A stretch of 64,000 bases of DNA from an uncultured bacterium (GTDB lineage: Bacteria; Chloroflexota; UBA5177; JANWHV01). Positions within the stretch are counted from its first letter, which is position 1, and each line of letters opens with the position of its first letter. The stretch spans positions 1,216,001 through 1,280,000 of the forward strand of contig CAWHAE010000012.1 of NCBI GenBank assembly GCA_963827235.1, written 5' to 3'. The notes beneath the pieces were generated by a model, which saw only the letters and a program-made list of their open reading frames with translations, made no database searches and was not told the origin of the DNA. Both the position numbers and the translations under genes were made by a program. Below are positions 53,600 through 62,970 of the stretch, piece after piece.

Positions 53600-54509
53600 T
53601 GCTGCGTTTCATGAGCCGCGTTCGCGATAGCCGAGTCCGGGTGGTCCAAGTAGGCACATATTGTTGACAGATTGGTCGAATCACCAAACCAACCACAGCG
53701 CATGCTGCTTCTCGACACGCGCAGCGGGCGCATCCTGCACGTGTTTCCCGGCGCGAGCGAGCCCTTTGGCCTAACAGACGACGGCACGGTGGTGACGCGG
53801 CACCCTCGATCCGGCAGGGTGGGTCGTCGAGTCAGACGGCCTTAGCGGCTCGCGCGCTCCGGCGTACTTCGGGGCTCACGACTTGTTCAGTTTCTCTGCG
53901 TCTATCACGCAGTGGCTCGCCGTGCCTGGGCAGCGTCTCCAGGCCGCCATAGGCATTCCTCCCCAGGTGCACGACACCGTGCTCTACCTATTGAATACTC
54001 GTGATGGACACCTGCGCGCGTACTCGGCCCACGGTGGCAATCCTCTTGGCGTCGCGGCAGATGAGAGTACCGGTCGCGTGTTCGTCGCCTCCGGCCGTCA
54101 AAGCGACGGCTCTGCCGGCGTCTGGACACCAGGCGCCACGCGTGGGGGCGTCTCGCAGATGCCGCTGGGAGCGGGAGGGGATGACGTCACGCTCGCCCTG
54201 AACTCGCGTCGACACCTTCTGTTGGCTGTCGCATGGTGGTGGCCCGCTGGTCCACCGGCCACCATCCATCTCCAAATCCTGGACACCCGGACAGCCCAGC
54301 TCCTTGGCGGAGTGACGCTGGGTAAGGGCTACCCACTAGAGTTAGCAGTTGATCGCCAGCGTGGCCGCTTGTGGATCCTGGAGAGCCTGTCGCCGTCGCG
54401 AGTGCTCGATTGGCTGCCGACCCAGCTCCGAAATCTAGTCGGGCTGCCCGGGCAGAACTCTCGCCTGACAGCGCCCGCTTTACAGATCGTCGACATCAAG
54501 CACGTCTGA
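53600..54509 (+). pseudogene. Degraded YVTN/YncE-type beta-propeller gene
   Basis: ORF 53883-54509 has 'PLGVAADESTGRVFVA', 'YLLNTRDG', 'ILDTRTAQLL', 'PLELAVDRQRGRLW'. An upstream piece in another frame (53702-53845, MLLLDTRSGRILH) shows the same repeat, with stops in between. Confidence 0.55.
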
Positions 54510-54597
54510 AATGACAAGAGAGTAGTGTCTCGATCCTTCTTACCGCAGGGCCCGGCTCGTGCACCCGACTGTCTGACCCTTGGTCGGCACGGGCGGG

Positions 54598-55665
54598 CTA
54601 ATGAAGCTGCAGCGTAGCTCGTGCCGTCCCAGCGACGCCAGCAGCGGGAAACCAGACCAGCTGCCAGTAGAGCAGGTGGCGGCCGGCGTCGCCTACCGCC
54701 TCCGATGCTGGAAGCTCCATGGCAAAAGTCACGTGCCCGCCGGGCACTACCGGCGCCACGCCGTGGCAGTTGAGCACATAGAGGGCCGGGCCTCCCGGCC
54801 CCTTAGGATTCGGGTCGAGCAGCTCTGCGTAGCTCGGGCAGCGGGCGGGAAAGGCCAGCGGCACCGCGCCACGATTGGCCAATAGAACGCTGTAGCGCAC
54901 TGCCTGCCCTGCCCGTGCGAACGCCGGCACCACCAGGCGCACGTCATAGCGCGGCGGCGGTGGCGACGGTGGCGCTGCCACGACGATATCTCCGACACTC
55001 ATGTAGTCTTGCGACTCGAATGACAAGGCGGCGAGCGTGTCGTTGCAGGTTCGCATTCCGGCTGGGTCCTGGACCGTCAAAGCGCCCCCGTGTGCCGGGA
55101 GTAGAACGCGGAGACGGACGGGCTGTGGCGACCACCGACACGCCCCCACTTCCCCGCCCGAGAGGACAACCAGCGTCGCCTGGCCCGGCTCTCGAATCTG
55201 CATGGGCGCAGGGGCGTGGAGCAGGCCATGATGCGCTAGCAGTGTCACCCGCTCGGGCGCAGACGCTACGGCGGCTGAGGCCGCGAGAACCCGCCCGGCC
55301 GCGGTGACGAGCCTGAGCTGCGGATGGCCGCTCAGCGTGCACGTCGTCGCCGTATGGTTGCCAAACACGAAGATACTGACCTGCTGCGCGCCGGTAATGC
55401 CCTGTTCACCAATAAACGCGCCATCGAGCGCTGACGCCCGGCACGGCAGGGTCCCAGCTGGCGCCGGCACTGGCGTGGCCGGGCCCGCCGCAGTGGGCGA
55501 AGCCGCCACCTCGTAGAGCCAGGGAACCGCCGTAGTTGAAGCAGTTGCGGCGTGCTCCTGCGGTCGTGCAGTGCGACTGGGTTCGCCAGCATCGGCCCGC
55601 ACGGCGAAACCGACTCCTGCTACCGCGACTATCAGGCACGCGGCCCGAAGGATCCACCCTACCAT
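54598..55665 (-). CDS. Secreted DUF4232-domain protein
   Basis: Signal peptide (..FAVRADA), Pro/Ala/Thr linker, 'PCRASAL...G..G......F.N....CTLSGHP.L.L...G'. Second Cys-containing domain 'YSVLLAN...CPSY...LNC'. Confidence 0.72.
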   Translation of the reverse strand: MVGWILRAACLIVAVAGVGFAVRADAGEPSRTARPQEHAATASTTAVPWLYEVAASPTAAGPATPVPAPAGTLPCRASALDGAFIGEQGITGAQQVSIFVFGNHTATTCTLSGHPQLRLVTAAGRVLAASAAVASAPERVTLLAHHGLLHAPAPMQIREPGQATLVVLSGGEVGACRWSPQPVRLRVLLPAHGGALTVQDPAGMRTCNDTLAALSFESQDYMSVGDIVVAAPPSPPPPRYDVRLVVPAFARAGQAVRYSVLLANRGAVPLAFPARCPSYAELLDPNPKGPGGPALYVLNCHGVAPVVPGGHVTFAMELPASEAVGDAGRHLLYWQLVWFPAAGVAGTARATLQLH

Positions 55666-55847
55666 GCCAGACCCTCCCGCGTCTCCCTCTACACGATGCA
55701 ACGAGCAACGGCCAGCGAGCGTTACACGTGCGCCGGCAGTATGGTCCTGGCGCCGTGGCCTCCCAGACGAGCCTTGCCGCTCGACTCGGGTTTCCTAGGC
55801 CCGCCCCTGGCCACGCCGGACGCAGCGCCGCACTCGGTGGAGGTCTC

Positions 55848-56053
55848 GTAAGGTTCTTGATTTGTTCGAGTGCCCGCTGGTGCATGAACGCAAAGCATAT
55901 CCGATCGATGTCCTCACCGCGCTCAAGCTCAAGGATCAGCTCATTCTGCAGCGACAACCAGCGCTCAATTGTGCAATCCACCTGATAGGCAAAGCCTCGG
56001 ATAGTGGCACAGGCGTCTTGGTCGCGGGCCGGACGGAATGGCGGAGCACTCAT
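55848..56053 (-). pseudogene. Truncated N-terminal PD-(D/E)xK dsDNA nuclease domain (Cap4/DUF4297-like) of an anti-phage effector
   Basis: 'DACATIRGFAYQVDCTIERWLSL....LELERGEDID......LEQIK'. The similarity ends at ~68 aa and the segment is visibly less GC-rich. Confidence 0.6.
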
Positions 56054-56187
56054 TTGCAGTTAGGTCGCTCCGGCTACGATCCTATGTAACGTTTGTCACT
56101 GCCAGCGTACGGCGAACTCTGCCCGCCGTACAGCGCTGCATAGCCCAAGTCGTCTCGCGCAGTTGCCGGTCGCTTCACTTCGCGTAG

Positions 56188-56791
56188 ATGCGGGTCGTCT
56201 CCAGCATCGTGTGCCCCGGGTGCCGAGCATTCAAGGAGCAGGGCGCCGTGTACGTGTTCACGCGCCCGTCCGGGACGAGCGGCAGCTGGAGCCGGCAGAG
56301 CACGCTCACGGCGCGCGACGGCTGCTTCGGCGACGCCTTCGGCACGTCCATCGCCGCGAGCGACGACGGCTACACGGCGCTCATCGGCGCCTCGAACAAG
56401 GCGCCCGCGCATGGGCAAGGGCCGTGCGGAGCGGCTTACGTGTTCACCCGCGCGCAAGGCACCTGGCAGCAGTGGAGCGAACTGACGGCGGCAGACCGCG
56501 TGGCCAATGACGCGTTCGGCACGGCGGTAGCCCTGAGTGCCGGCACCACCGCCGTCGTGGGTGACTTTTGGCAGAACAGCGTCCAAGGCGCGGCCTACGT
56601 GTTCACGCGTCCCAACAGCGCGAGCAGCACCTGGACGCACGCGAGCAAGCTGACTGCCGCTGACGGCGCTCCCGGTGACTGGTTCGGCGGAATCGATAGC
56701 CCTGAGCGGCGACGACAGCACAGCGCTCGTCGGCGCTTCGGGCAACGATGGTCAAGGCGCGGTCTACGTGTTTGCCCGTTCGACCGACTAG
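56188..56791 (+). pseudogene. FG-GAP repeat protein fragment, 5'-truncated and frameshifted
   Basis: Repeats 'GAVYVFTR....W.....LTA.DG...D.FG.S(I/V)A.S....TA.IGA'. An extra G at ~56689 shifts the last repeat (ESIALSGDDSTALVGASGNDGQGAVYVFARSTD*). Confidence 0.75.
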
Positions 56792-56989
56792 GTGGCACGG
56801 GCCTATCGCGCAAGATATGCGCCCCATACCGGCCACTTCGCTACTCGCCGCGACCTCAGTCACAGAGGCCCTGCTATGCCGGATGGGCTTGCCGGTCAAG
56901 GTGCATAGCTCTTCGCCGGCAACGCAGACCGACATGCGCTCCGCCATGTTGCGCAAGGTTTCACCGTGCTTCGGCGCACCGGCGCTAGA

Positions 56990-57766
56990 CTAGTCCCACC
57001 AGAAGTGCCAGGCTCGCCGGCGCAGGTACCGAGCTGCCAACTCAGCCACAGTGCCAACATTGGGAAAGTTCTGGAACACCGCATCGTGGCAGTAAGCGTG
57101 GTGCTCCCAGGCCAGCTCCAGCGCCGCCGCCGGATCCTGGGGCGGTCGCGCCACAAAGAGTTCCAGGGAGTCTTCCGTCATCGCGACCAGCTCGGCGCCG
57201 TAACGCTCGTGCCACCGCTTGTGGATGGCAACGTGCAGCTCATCACTATTGTATTGCTGACTATCGCCGCCAGTTGGGGCCATCAGCGCGAAGACCATCC
57301 AACTCTCGCGGACGGGCAGCAGAACGACCTCAACTGGTGGCTGCTCAACCGTGACGAACATCTCATCGAGGGCGATGTAGTCTTCTGGGTCGTAGCCCTC
57401 TAGCTGCTCGACATCAAGCCAATCTGGCCATCTGCCGCATACGTCAACGTCAAAGTCCTCATAGCCGCCAGGGTCGTTTCGGTCTGCCATCCACGCGTCC
57501 AAGTCGACTACTGCGGCTCGTGCCAGTAGTTCAGCTGTGGGCACTTCGCTCGGAAAGCAGACGTCGATCTCTTCGCCGACGTTCGGGCGACAGATCACGG
57601 GCCAATGGCCGGTCCGCGCCACTTGAGAGCGCAGGGCGTGCCACACCGCCATAGCTTTGTCATGGGGCACCGCCAGTCTGAAAGCCGTCTGACCGCCGTA
57701 GAGCCGATACTCGGCGCACGGCCAGTAAGTGCCGGTCGCCTCCAATACAGGGAGGAGTTCACTCAT
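56990..57766 (-). CDS. DUF4253 domain protein
   Basis: 'A..KRWHERYGAELV....D.LEL.VARPP.D..AAL.LA.EH.AYC.D...Q....AELA......W.FWWD'. Confidence 0.88.
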   Translation of the reverse strand: MSELLPVLEATGTYWPCAEYRLYGGQTAFRLAVPHDKAMAVWHALRSQVARTGHWPVICRPNVGEEIDVCFPSEVPTAELLARAAVVDLDAWMADRNDPGGYEDFDVDVCGRWPDWLDVEQLEGYDPEDYIALDEMFVTVEQPPVEVVLLPVRESWMVFALMAPTGGDSQQYNSDELHVAIHKRWHERYGAELVAMTEDSLELFVARPPQDPAAALELAWEHHAYCHDAVFQNFPNVGTVAELAARYLRRRAWHFWWD

Positions 57767-57989
57767 CGACCAACGTAGCTCCCTGGCGGCCTATTCGCTC
57801 TCCATCGCTGCGCGATCCTGCTGACCGGCGCTATCGGGCACAAGCACAGCGCATTTCGCCCTGGCGGCCCATCTCGCTTTGACCGAGATCACGACGCGGA
57901 CGCCAGGGAAGAACATCGTCCCAGACGCGGATTGGCGCTCCGGTGCCCTACCATTCTGCAGGGGCGGTCCTGTTCCCTATCGCTTGCAG

Positions 57990-59234
57990 TTACGGAGCAT
58001 CATGGGCGGCTGAGTGACGATCGGCGCGTAACCCAGCGACCAGTACACCCGTTAGTGCGATCAGAGCACCGGCCAGCGCGAGCGTTGCCGTCGTGCTTGT
58101 CACTTGTGCAACGGCCGCTAGGACCACGCCGCCAGTGATTTCGCCGATGGATTCGGCCTGGGAGAGAAACGAATGCACCGTCGACCGTACGTCGCTGCTC
58201 GTGCGCCGGTTCACCCAGACCACACTGATGGCCCTGGTCACGCTGTCCGCGATCCCTCCCATGAAGAGCACCCCGATCCCGCCGAGAAGCGCGACCGGCG
58301 CGACTGCGAAGACGAGCAAGCCAAGCGCCCCGAGCAAGCAGGCCACGGCGTAGAACCGCCGCGCCACGCCAACTCCGTCGATACGCGCTTCGACGAAACG
58401 AAGCGCCACGAAACCGACGGCCGAGGTCAGGATCCCGAGCAGCGTGTACCAGAGGACGGGGTCGCTCGGAAATCCGAGCGTGAGGAGCTGTTTGGGGTAC
58501 AGCCAGCTCACGACAGCCGCCGCGTTGAAGAGCAGTGTAGCCACGAAGACGAGGAGAATCTCGTGGTCGCGGCGCGACAGGCTCACCCCCCGCTGGAATA
58601 CTGCCCCGGCGGCGGCCCACCGCTTCTCGCGTGTCGGCGCGAAGTACCGTTCCGTGAAGCGGACGGCTACAAAGACGGCGAGCAGGGCCATGGCGATGCC
58701 CGACACTACGATGGCGGTGGCCAAACTCGTCGCCCACGCGAGGAGTCCGAGCGCAGTCATCCCACTGGCCCCGCCGGCCCGATCCCATCGCACACTCGCC
58801 GTGAGGGCGCGGGCAATCCGCTGGGGGTCGTTCAACTCATCGTTCAGCCAGGCGCTATCCGCGCCGTTCAGGCACGCCCAGCCCAGCCCCCAGAGCACTT
58901 GGGTGACCACCAGCGAGGGAAAGGTGGTCACCAGGCCGGTCAGGACCATCCCGGCGCCCAGCAACAGCTGGCCGATCACCAGAGGCCAGCGCCGGCCAAT
59001 CGCGTCGGCCCACACCCCGGCCGGGATGTCGCACACCACGAGCGTGAGCGACATGATCGTGCCGAGCAAGACCAGTTGAGCGGCGGACAGGTGGGCCACC
59101 ACCACGAAGTAGAGGCTCGAGGTGAGGACATAGCCACGATGGAACACCGAGCGCAGATACATCCACCGCAAGAACCTGGTCGTGATCTGCTGGCCTCGCT
59201 CTAAGCTGTGTCCCATTTGTTTGATGGGCTCCAC
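57990..59234 (-). CDS. MFS transporter
   Basis: Motif A 'DIPAGVWADAIGRR', about 12 TM segments, 'DVRSTVHSFLSQAE..G...GG'. Start uncertain. Confidence 0.88.
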   Translation of the reverse strand: MEPIKQMGHSLERGQQITTRFLRWMYLRSVFHRGYVLTSSLYFVVVAHLSAAQLVLLGTIMSLTLVVCDIPAGVWADAIGRRWPLVIGQLLLGAGMVLTGLVTTFPSLVVTQVLWGLGWACLNGADSAWLNDELNDPQRIARALTASVRWDRAGGASGMTALGLLAWATSLATAIVVSGIAMALLAVFVAVRFTERYFAPTREKRWAAAGAVFQRGVSLSRRDHEILLVFVATLLFNAAAVVSWLYPKQLLTLGFPSDPVLWYTLLGILTSAVGFVALRFVEARIDGVGVARRFYAVACLLGALGLLVFAVAPVALLGGIGVLFMGGIADSVTRAISVVWVNRRTSSDVRSTVHSFLSQAESIGEITGGVVLAAVAQVTSTTATLALAGALIALTGVLVAGLRADRHSAAHDAP

Positions 59235-59937
59235 TGTGCATCCACTCTAGCCCGGCTCGCTCGCACCCGATACTCAGGTGTGGGCAACATCGTAGTCCTG
59301 ATCTCTTGGGCAGGTCTATCTCGCCGATAACACTTACCATTGCATTCACCGGTTGCATAAGCACACGGGCCAGCTGGAACGGGCCCGTGTCACTGCCTAC
59401 AGGTTCTCGCTCCGCCGAGCCGAGTCCTGTTGTGCAGCGCGTTGAGATCCGCGCCGGGATCACAAGTGCTTGGCGAGCGTAGATGAACAGCAACTGCACG
59501 CTCGGCCATCGGACTAATCGCCGGCGCTGAAGTGCGTAGTTGCGCGATCAGGAGTCGTGTGGCCGCCGCGAACAGGCTGCCAAGGTTCCGACACTGCAAG
59601 GGGCCCGTGCGTCGGTGGTTCAGGTCGGTCTGGATGTGATCAGTCGTGTACGCGCGTCGGACGTCGAGCCCGCCTTTCGAACCTCATTCTCACGCTAGTT
59701 AAGCCGGGTGGCTCGACTCTCATCGAGACGCGATAGCGGCATCTCGCACGACGCTGTGGAAGTCTACACAATCGGCATCGACACTGCCGCGCTGGGCGAT
59801 ACCACCGACGCATTCGCCGTCATCGCGCAGCGCGTAGAGCGGGAGAAGCGGCTAACAGCGGCGCGCAATTCCGGATACGACGAGCAGCGATCCCGGTTGC
59901 GGGTGCTGCTACCCTGACGATGCAGGGGGCAGAGGCG

Positions 59938-60639
59938 ATGCCGGCGGTACAGGTCAACGACATAGGCGTCCACTACGAGGAGTCCGGCAGCGGCCCACCG
60001 CTCTTGCTGATTGCCGGACTCAACAGCGATCATTCGCTGTTCCGGGTCTTCATTCCGCGACTGGCCGAGCGATACAGGACCATCGTGTTCGACAACCGCG
60101 GCATTGGCCAGAGCACGGGCGCAGATACCCCGTTTACCGTGGAATCGCTTGCCGACGATAGCGCGGAGTTGATACGTGCGCTGGACATCGGGAGCGCCCA
60201 CGTGCTCGGCGTGTCGCTGGGCGGCCGTATCGCCGCCGCGCTCACGCTTCGGCATGCCGCGTTGGTACGAAGCCTGATCCTCGTATCGACGGTGCCGGAG
60301 CCGCCGCCCCGGACGTGGCACCAGCGCTGGGTTGGCCTTGCCCTGCGGCTGCCGTTCATTCGCGGTGCCAATGCCTACCGGGTAGTCCTGCGGCAGCGCG
60401 CGGCGGCGCGGCGCTTCAACTGCACGGATCGGCTGCGCGAGATCGGCGTGCCGACGCCCATCTTGCATGGCAGGAAGGACGCGCTCGCGCCGTATCGCGC
60501 GGTGCGGGACATGCACGAGCGCATCGAGGGCTCAAAGGTTCGGACCTTCCCCGGCGGCCACCTCTTCTTCCTTCTGCGCGCAAGGCAGTTTGTGGACGCG
60601 GTTCTGGAGTTCCTGCGCCCCCTGGATCAGGCCTTGTAG
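59938..60639 (+). CDS. Alpha/beta hydrolase
   Basis: '[16 protein letters not shown]', 'FDNRGIGQS', nucleophile GVSLGG, 'HGRKD', 'GGH'. Confidence 0.9.
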   Translation: MPAVQVNDIGVHYEESGSGPPLLLIAGLNSDHSLFRVFIPRLAERYRTIVFDNRGIGQSTGADTPFTVESLADDSAELIRALDIGSAHVLGVSLGGRIAAALTLRHAALVRSLILVSTVPEPPPRTWHQRWVGLALRLPFIRGANAYRVVLRQRAAARRFNCTDRLREIGVPTPILHGRKDALAPYRAVRDMHERIEGSKVRTFPGGHLFFLLRARQFVDAVLEFLRPLDQAL

Positions 60640-61598
60640 AAGTTTCGTACCCACCGGTGCGCTTTCAGCCGCTGCACCTGATCCTGGGGCAGGCCTTGCC
60701 CATCGCCCAGCGCCGTGTTGGTCTCGGCGTGCCGCACCGTGCGCATGCCCGGGATGATCGTGGACACGGCCGGGTGGCTCAGGATGTAGCGCAGGGCAAC
60801 CTCGGGAAGTCGAGCCGGCTCGATGCCGAGGTCGGACGTGATGCGCTGCGCGTGCTCGTAGACCTCTTGCTTGCGCTCGCCACGGAAATAGCCGTCGCGG
60901 AAATCGCCCTCGGGAAAGACGGTGCCGGGCCGCACCGTTCCCGTCAGGCCGCCTTCGTCCAGCGGCACGCGCGCGAGGACCCCGATAGAGTGCGCCTGGC
61001 AGGCAGGGAACAACTGATCTTCGGGACTCTGGTCGAAGACGTTGTAGATGACCTGCACGGTATCCAACTCGCCGGTCTCGATCAGCTTCAGCGCGTTGGC
61101 AGGCTCATGATCGTTGATCGAGATGCCAAAGAAGCGAATCTTGCCCTGCTGTTTGAGGCGGTGCACGCCGTCGAGCCAGTCGCCCTGCCCTACCCACTCA
61201 TCCGACCACACGTGGAATTGCAGGATATCCACGCTGGCCAGACCAAGATTGCGCAGACTTGTCTCGGCCGATGCGATGACATGATCCGCCGGGAAGGCAT
61301 CCTCGGCCCGAACGCCCGCTCGAGCCGGCCACTGCCGGTTCTTTGGCGGCACCTTGGTCGCCACGAAGATCTGTTCGCTCCGCGAGCGAACGACCTCGCC
61401 GACAAGGCGCTCGCTGTGCCCGTTGCCATACACCAGCGCCGTGTCGATGAAGTTCAGGCCACGATCGATCGCCGCGTTGAGCGCGCGCAGGGACTCTCGA
61501 TCCTCGGCGCCCCGCCAGCCGGTGTTGCCGATGCCCCAAGCTCCATATCCGATCTCCGAGACCTGCAGACCCGTCCTGCCGAGCGCACGATAGTGCAT
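60627..61598 (-). CDS. Aldo/keto reductase
   Basis: [19 protein letters not shown], '[13 protein letters not shown]', 'VATK', 'SLRNL...DILQFH', 'GKIRFFGIS', 'QVIYN', 'IPGM'. Confidence 0.93.
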   Translation of the reverse strand: MHYRALGRTGLQVSEIGYGAWGIGNTGWRGAEDRESLRALNAAIDRGLNFIDTALVYGNGHSERLVGEVVRSRSEQIFVATKVPPKNRQWPARAGVRAEDAFPADHVIASAETSLRNLGLASVDILQFHVWSDEWVGQGDWLDGVHRLKQQGKIRFFGISINDHEPANALKLIETGELDTVQVIYNVFDQSPEDQLFPACQAHSIGVLARVPLDEGGLTGTVRPGTVFPEGDFRDGYFRGERKQEVYEHAQRITSDLGIEPARLPEVALRYILSHPAVSTIIPGMRTVRHAETNTALGDGQGLPQDQVQRLKAHRWVRNFYKA

Positions 61599-61850
61599 AT
61601 TGACCTCCCCACATCTGTCATGCCGTGTTCGAGTGCGATCGCGACGACGAAACGCGCGATAACCGCGCCCACGAAACCTAGCTGCAGTGTATACCCGGGC
61701 CGCGCAAGAGAGGTCGCGGCAACGACTATCCACTCAGGCGCGTGCCCCGCGAGCCAGCGGCTGGAAGGTGGGGAAACGGGCGAGTGGATCTCGCCGCCGC
61801 AAGTCGTGCGGCCCGACAACCGCCTCCATGAGCGATGAGCGGCTCGGCCT

Positions 61851-62867
61851 TCAGGCAGCGGTCTGCGACCGCAGCACCTCGATCATGGCGACGACGTTCT
61901 CCGGCGGCACGTCGCCGGGAATGTCGTGTGTCGGCGCTACGATGTAGCCGCCACCCGGCGCCATCACGCGCATGGTCTCGCGCGTGACACGCTTCACCTC
62001 CTCCGCGGAATACCAGGGTAGGACTCGCTGCGTGCTGATTCCTCCCCAGAAAGTCAGGTCCCGTCCATACTCGCCCTTCACCCGGCCGATGTCGTAGATC
62101 TCGGGCTGGAACGTTTGATACACATCCAGACCGATCTCGATCAGGTCGGGAAAGAGCTGCTGGATGTCGCCGCATGAGTGCTGGGACACGAACCGACCGG
62201 TGCGCTTCACGCGCTCGTACAGGCGAGCGAGCCGTGGCTTGACGAACGTGCGCCAGTGACGCGGACCCATGATCAGCCCGCGCTGCTGTCCCCAGTCGTC
62301 GCCGAAATGGAAGCCGTCGATCGGATACTCCAGCGCGATGTCGACCACGCGCAGATCGTGCTCGCAGATGGCGTCCATCAACACGTGTACGAAGCCGGGA
62401 TCGGTGACCATCTCCGTCAGCAGGTTCTCCATGCCGCGCAGCGTCCAGGCTCGCTCGAAGAGGGTGAAACCGATCTCGCCCAGCAGGCAGCGATCGCCGC
62501 GCTGGGCCACCGCCGTCTCGTACTCTTGTCGCAGGCGCGCTTCGTCCAGGACAGGGAAGGAGTAGCCGGCCAACGACGGGGCGGAGAGCACCGTGCCTTC
62601 GACGGCGCCGATGTCCTTGTCCGCTCCGTTGCGGTTCCACACCACGCCGAAGTGATCCTGCCAGTAGCCCTGCCGGTGCTCGATCTCTTGCAGGTAGCCA
62701 TCGTAGTAGACGGCGCTGATATGGTTGCCGATATGGTCGATGTAGGTGGGGTCGCCCGAATACCGGGTCAGGCGATCGCGGGCCTGTTGCGTGAGGCTCA
62801 CCTGGTAGGGCAGAATGTCGGTCTCCTGGTGCCGTATCGCCTGCAGCACACGGTCGCGCCTGTTCAT
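61851..62867 (-). CDS. Uroporphyrinogen decarboxylase/MtaA-like family protein (URO-D_like)
   Basis: MNRRDRV..AI....D..P, 'D.FGVVW', 'LFERAWTLRGMENL', 'GDDWGQQ', HSCG, 'FWGGISTQ..LP', 'GGYIVAPTHDI'. Confidence 0.9.
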   Translation of the reverse strand: MNRRDRVLQAIRHQETDILPYQVSLTQQARDRLTRYSGDPTYIDHIGNHISAVYYDGYLQEIEHRQGYWQDHFGVVWNRNGADKDIGAVEGTVLSAPSLAGYSFPVLDEARLRQEYETAVAQRGDRCLLGEIGFTLFERAWTLRGMENLLTEMVTDPGFVHVLMDAICEHDLRVVDIALEYPIDGFHFGDDWGQQRGLIMGPRHWRTFVKPRLARLYERVKRTGRFVSQHSCGDIQQLFPDLIEIGLDVYQTFQPEIYDIGRVKGEYGRDLTFWGGISTQRVLPWYSAEEVKRVTRETMRVMAPGGGYIVAPTHDIPGDVPPENVVAMIEVLRSQTAA

Positions 62868-62970
62868 CGTCGTTGCTCCCTCTCCCGCTGCTGGTCGTCG
62901 CCGCTACCTGCCTATGGTACCTGCCTTTGGCCGCGAGCAAGGGCGGTAGAGCAAACCGAGGGCAGGCAGG

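Noticed and set aside
57780-57870. Direct repeat CCCTGGCGGCC (two copies)
   Set aside because: An 11-bp GC-rich match with no associated element, likely chance.
59390-59917. Short ORFs between the MFS and hydrolase genes
   Set aside because: No RBS or motif support. Possibly decayed sequence, but not assignable.
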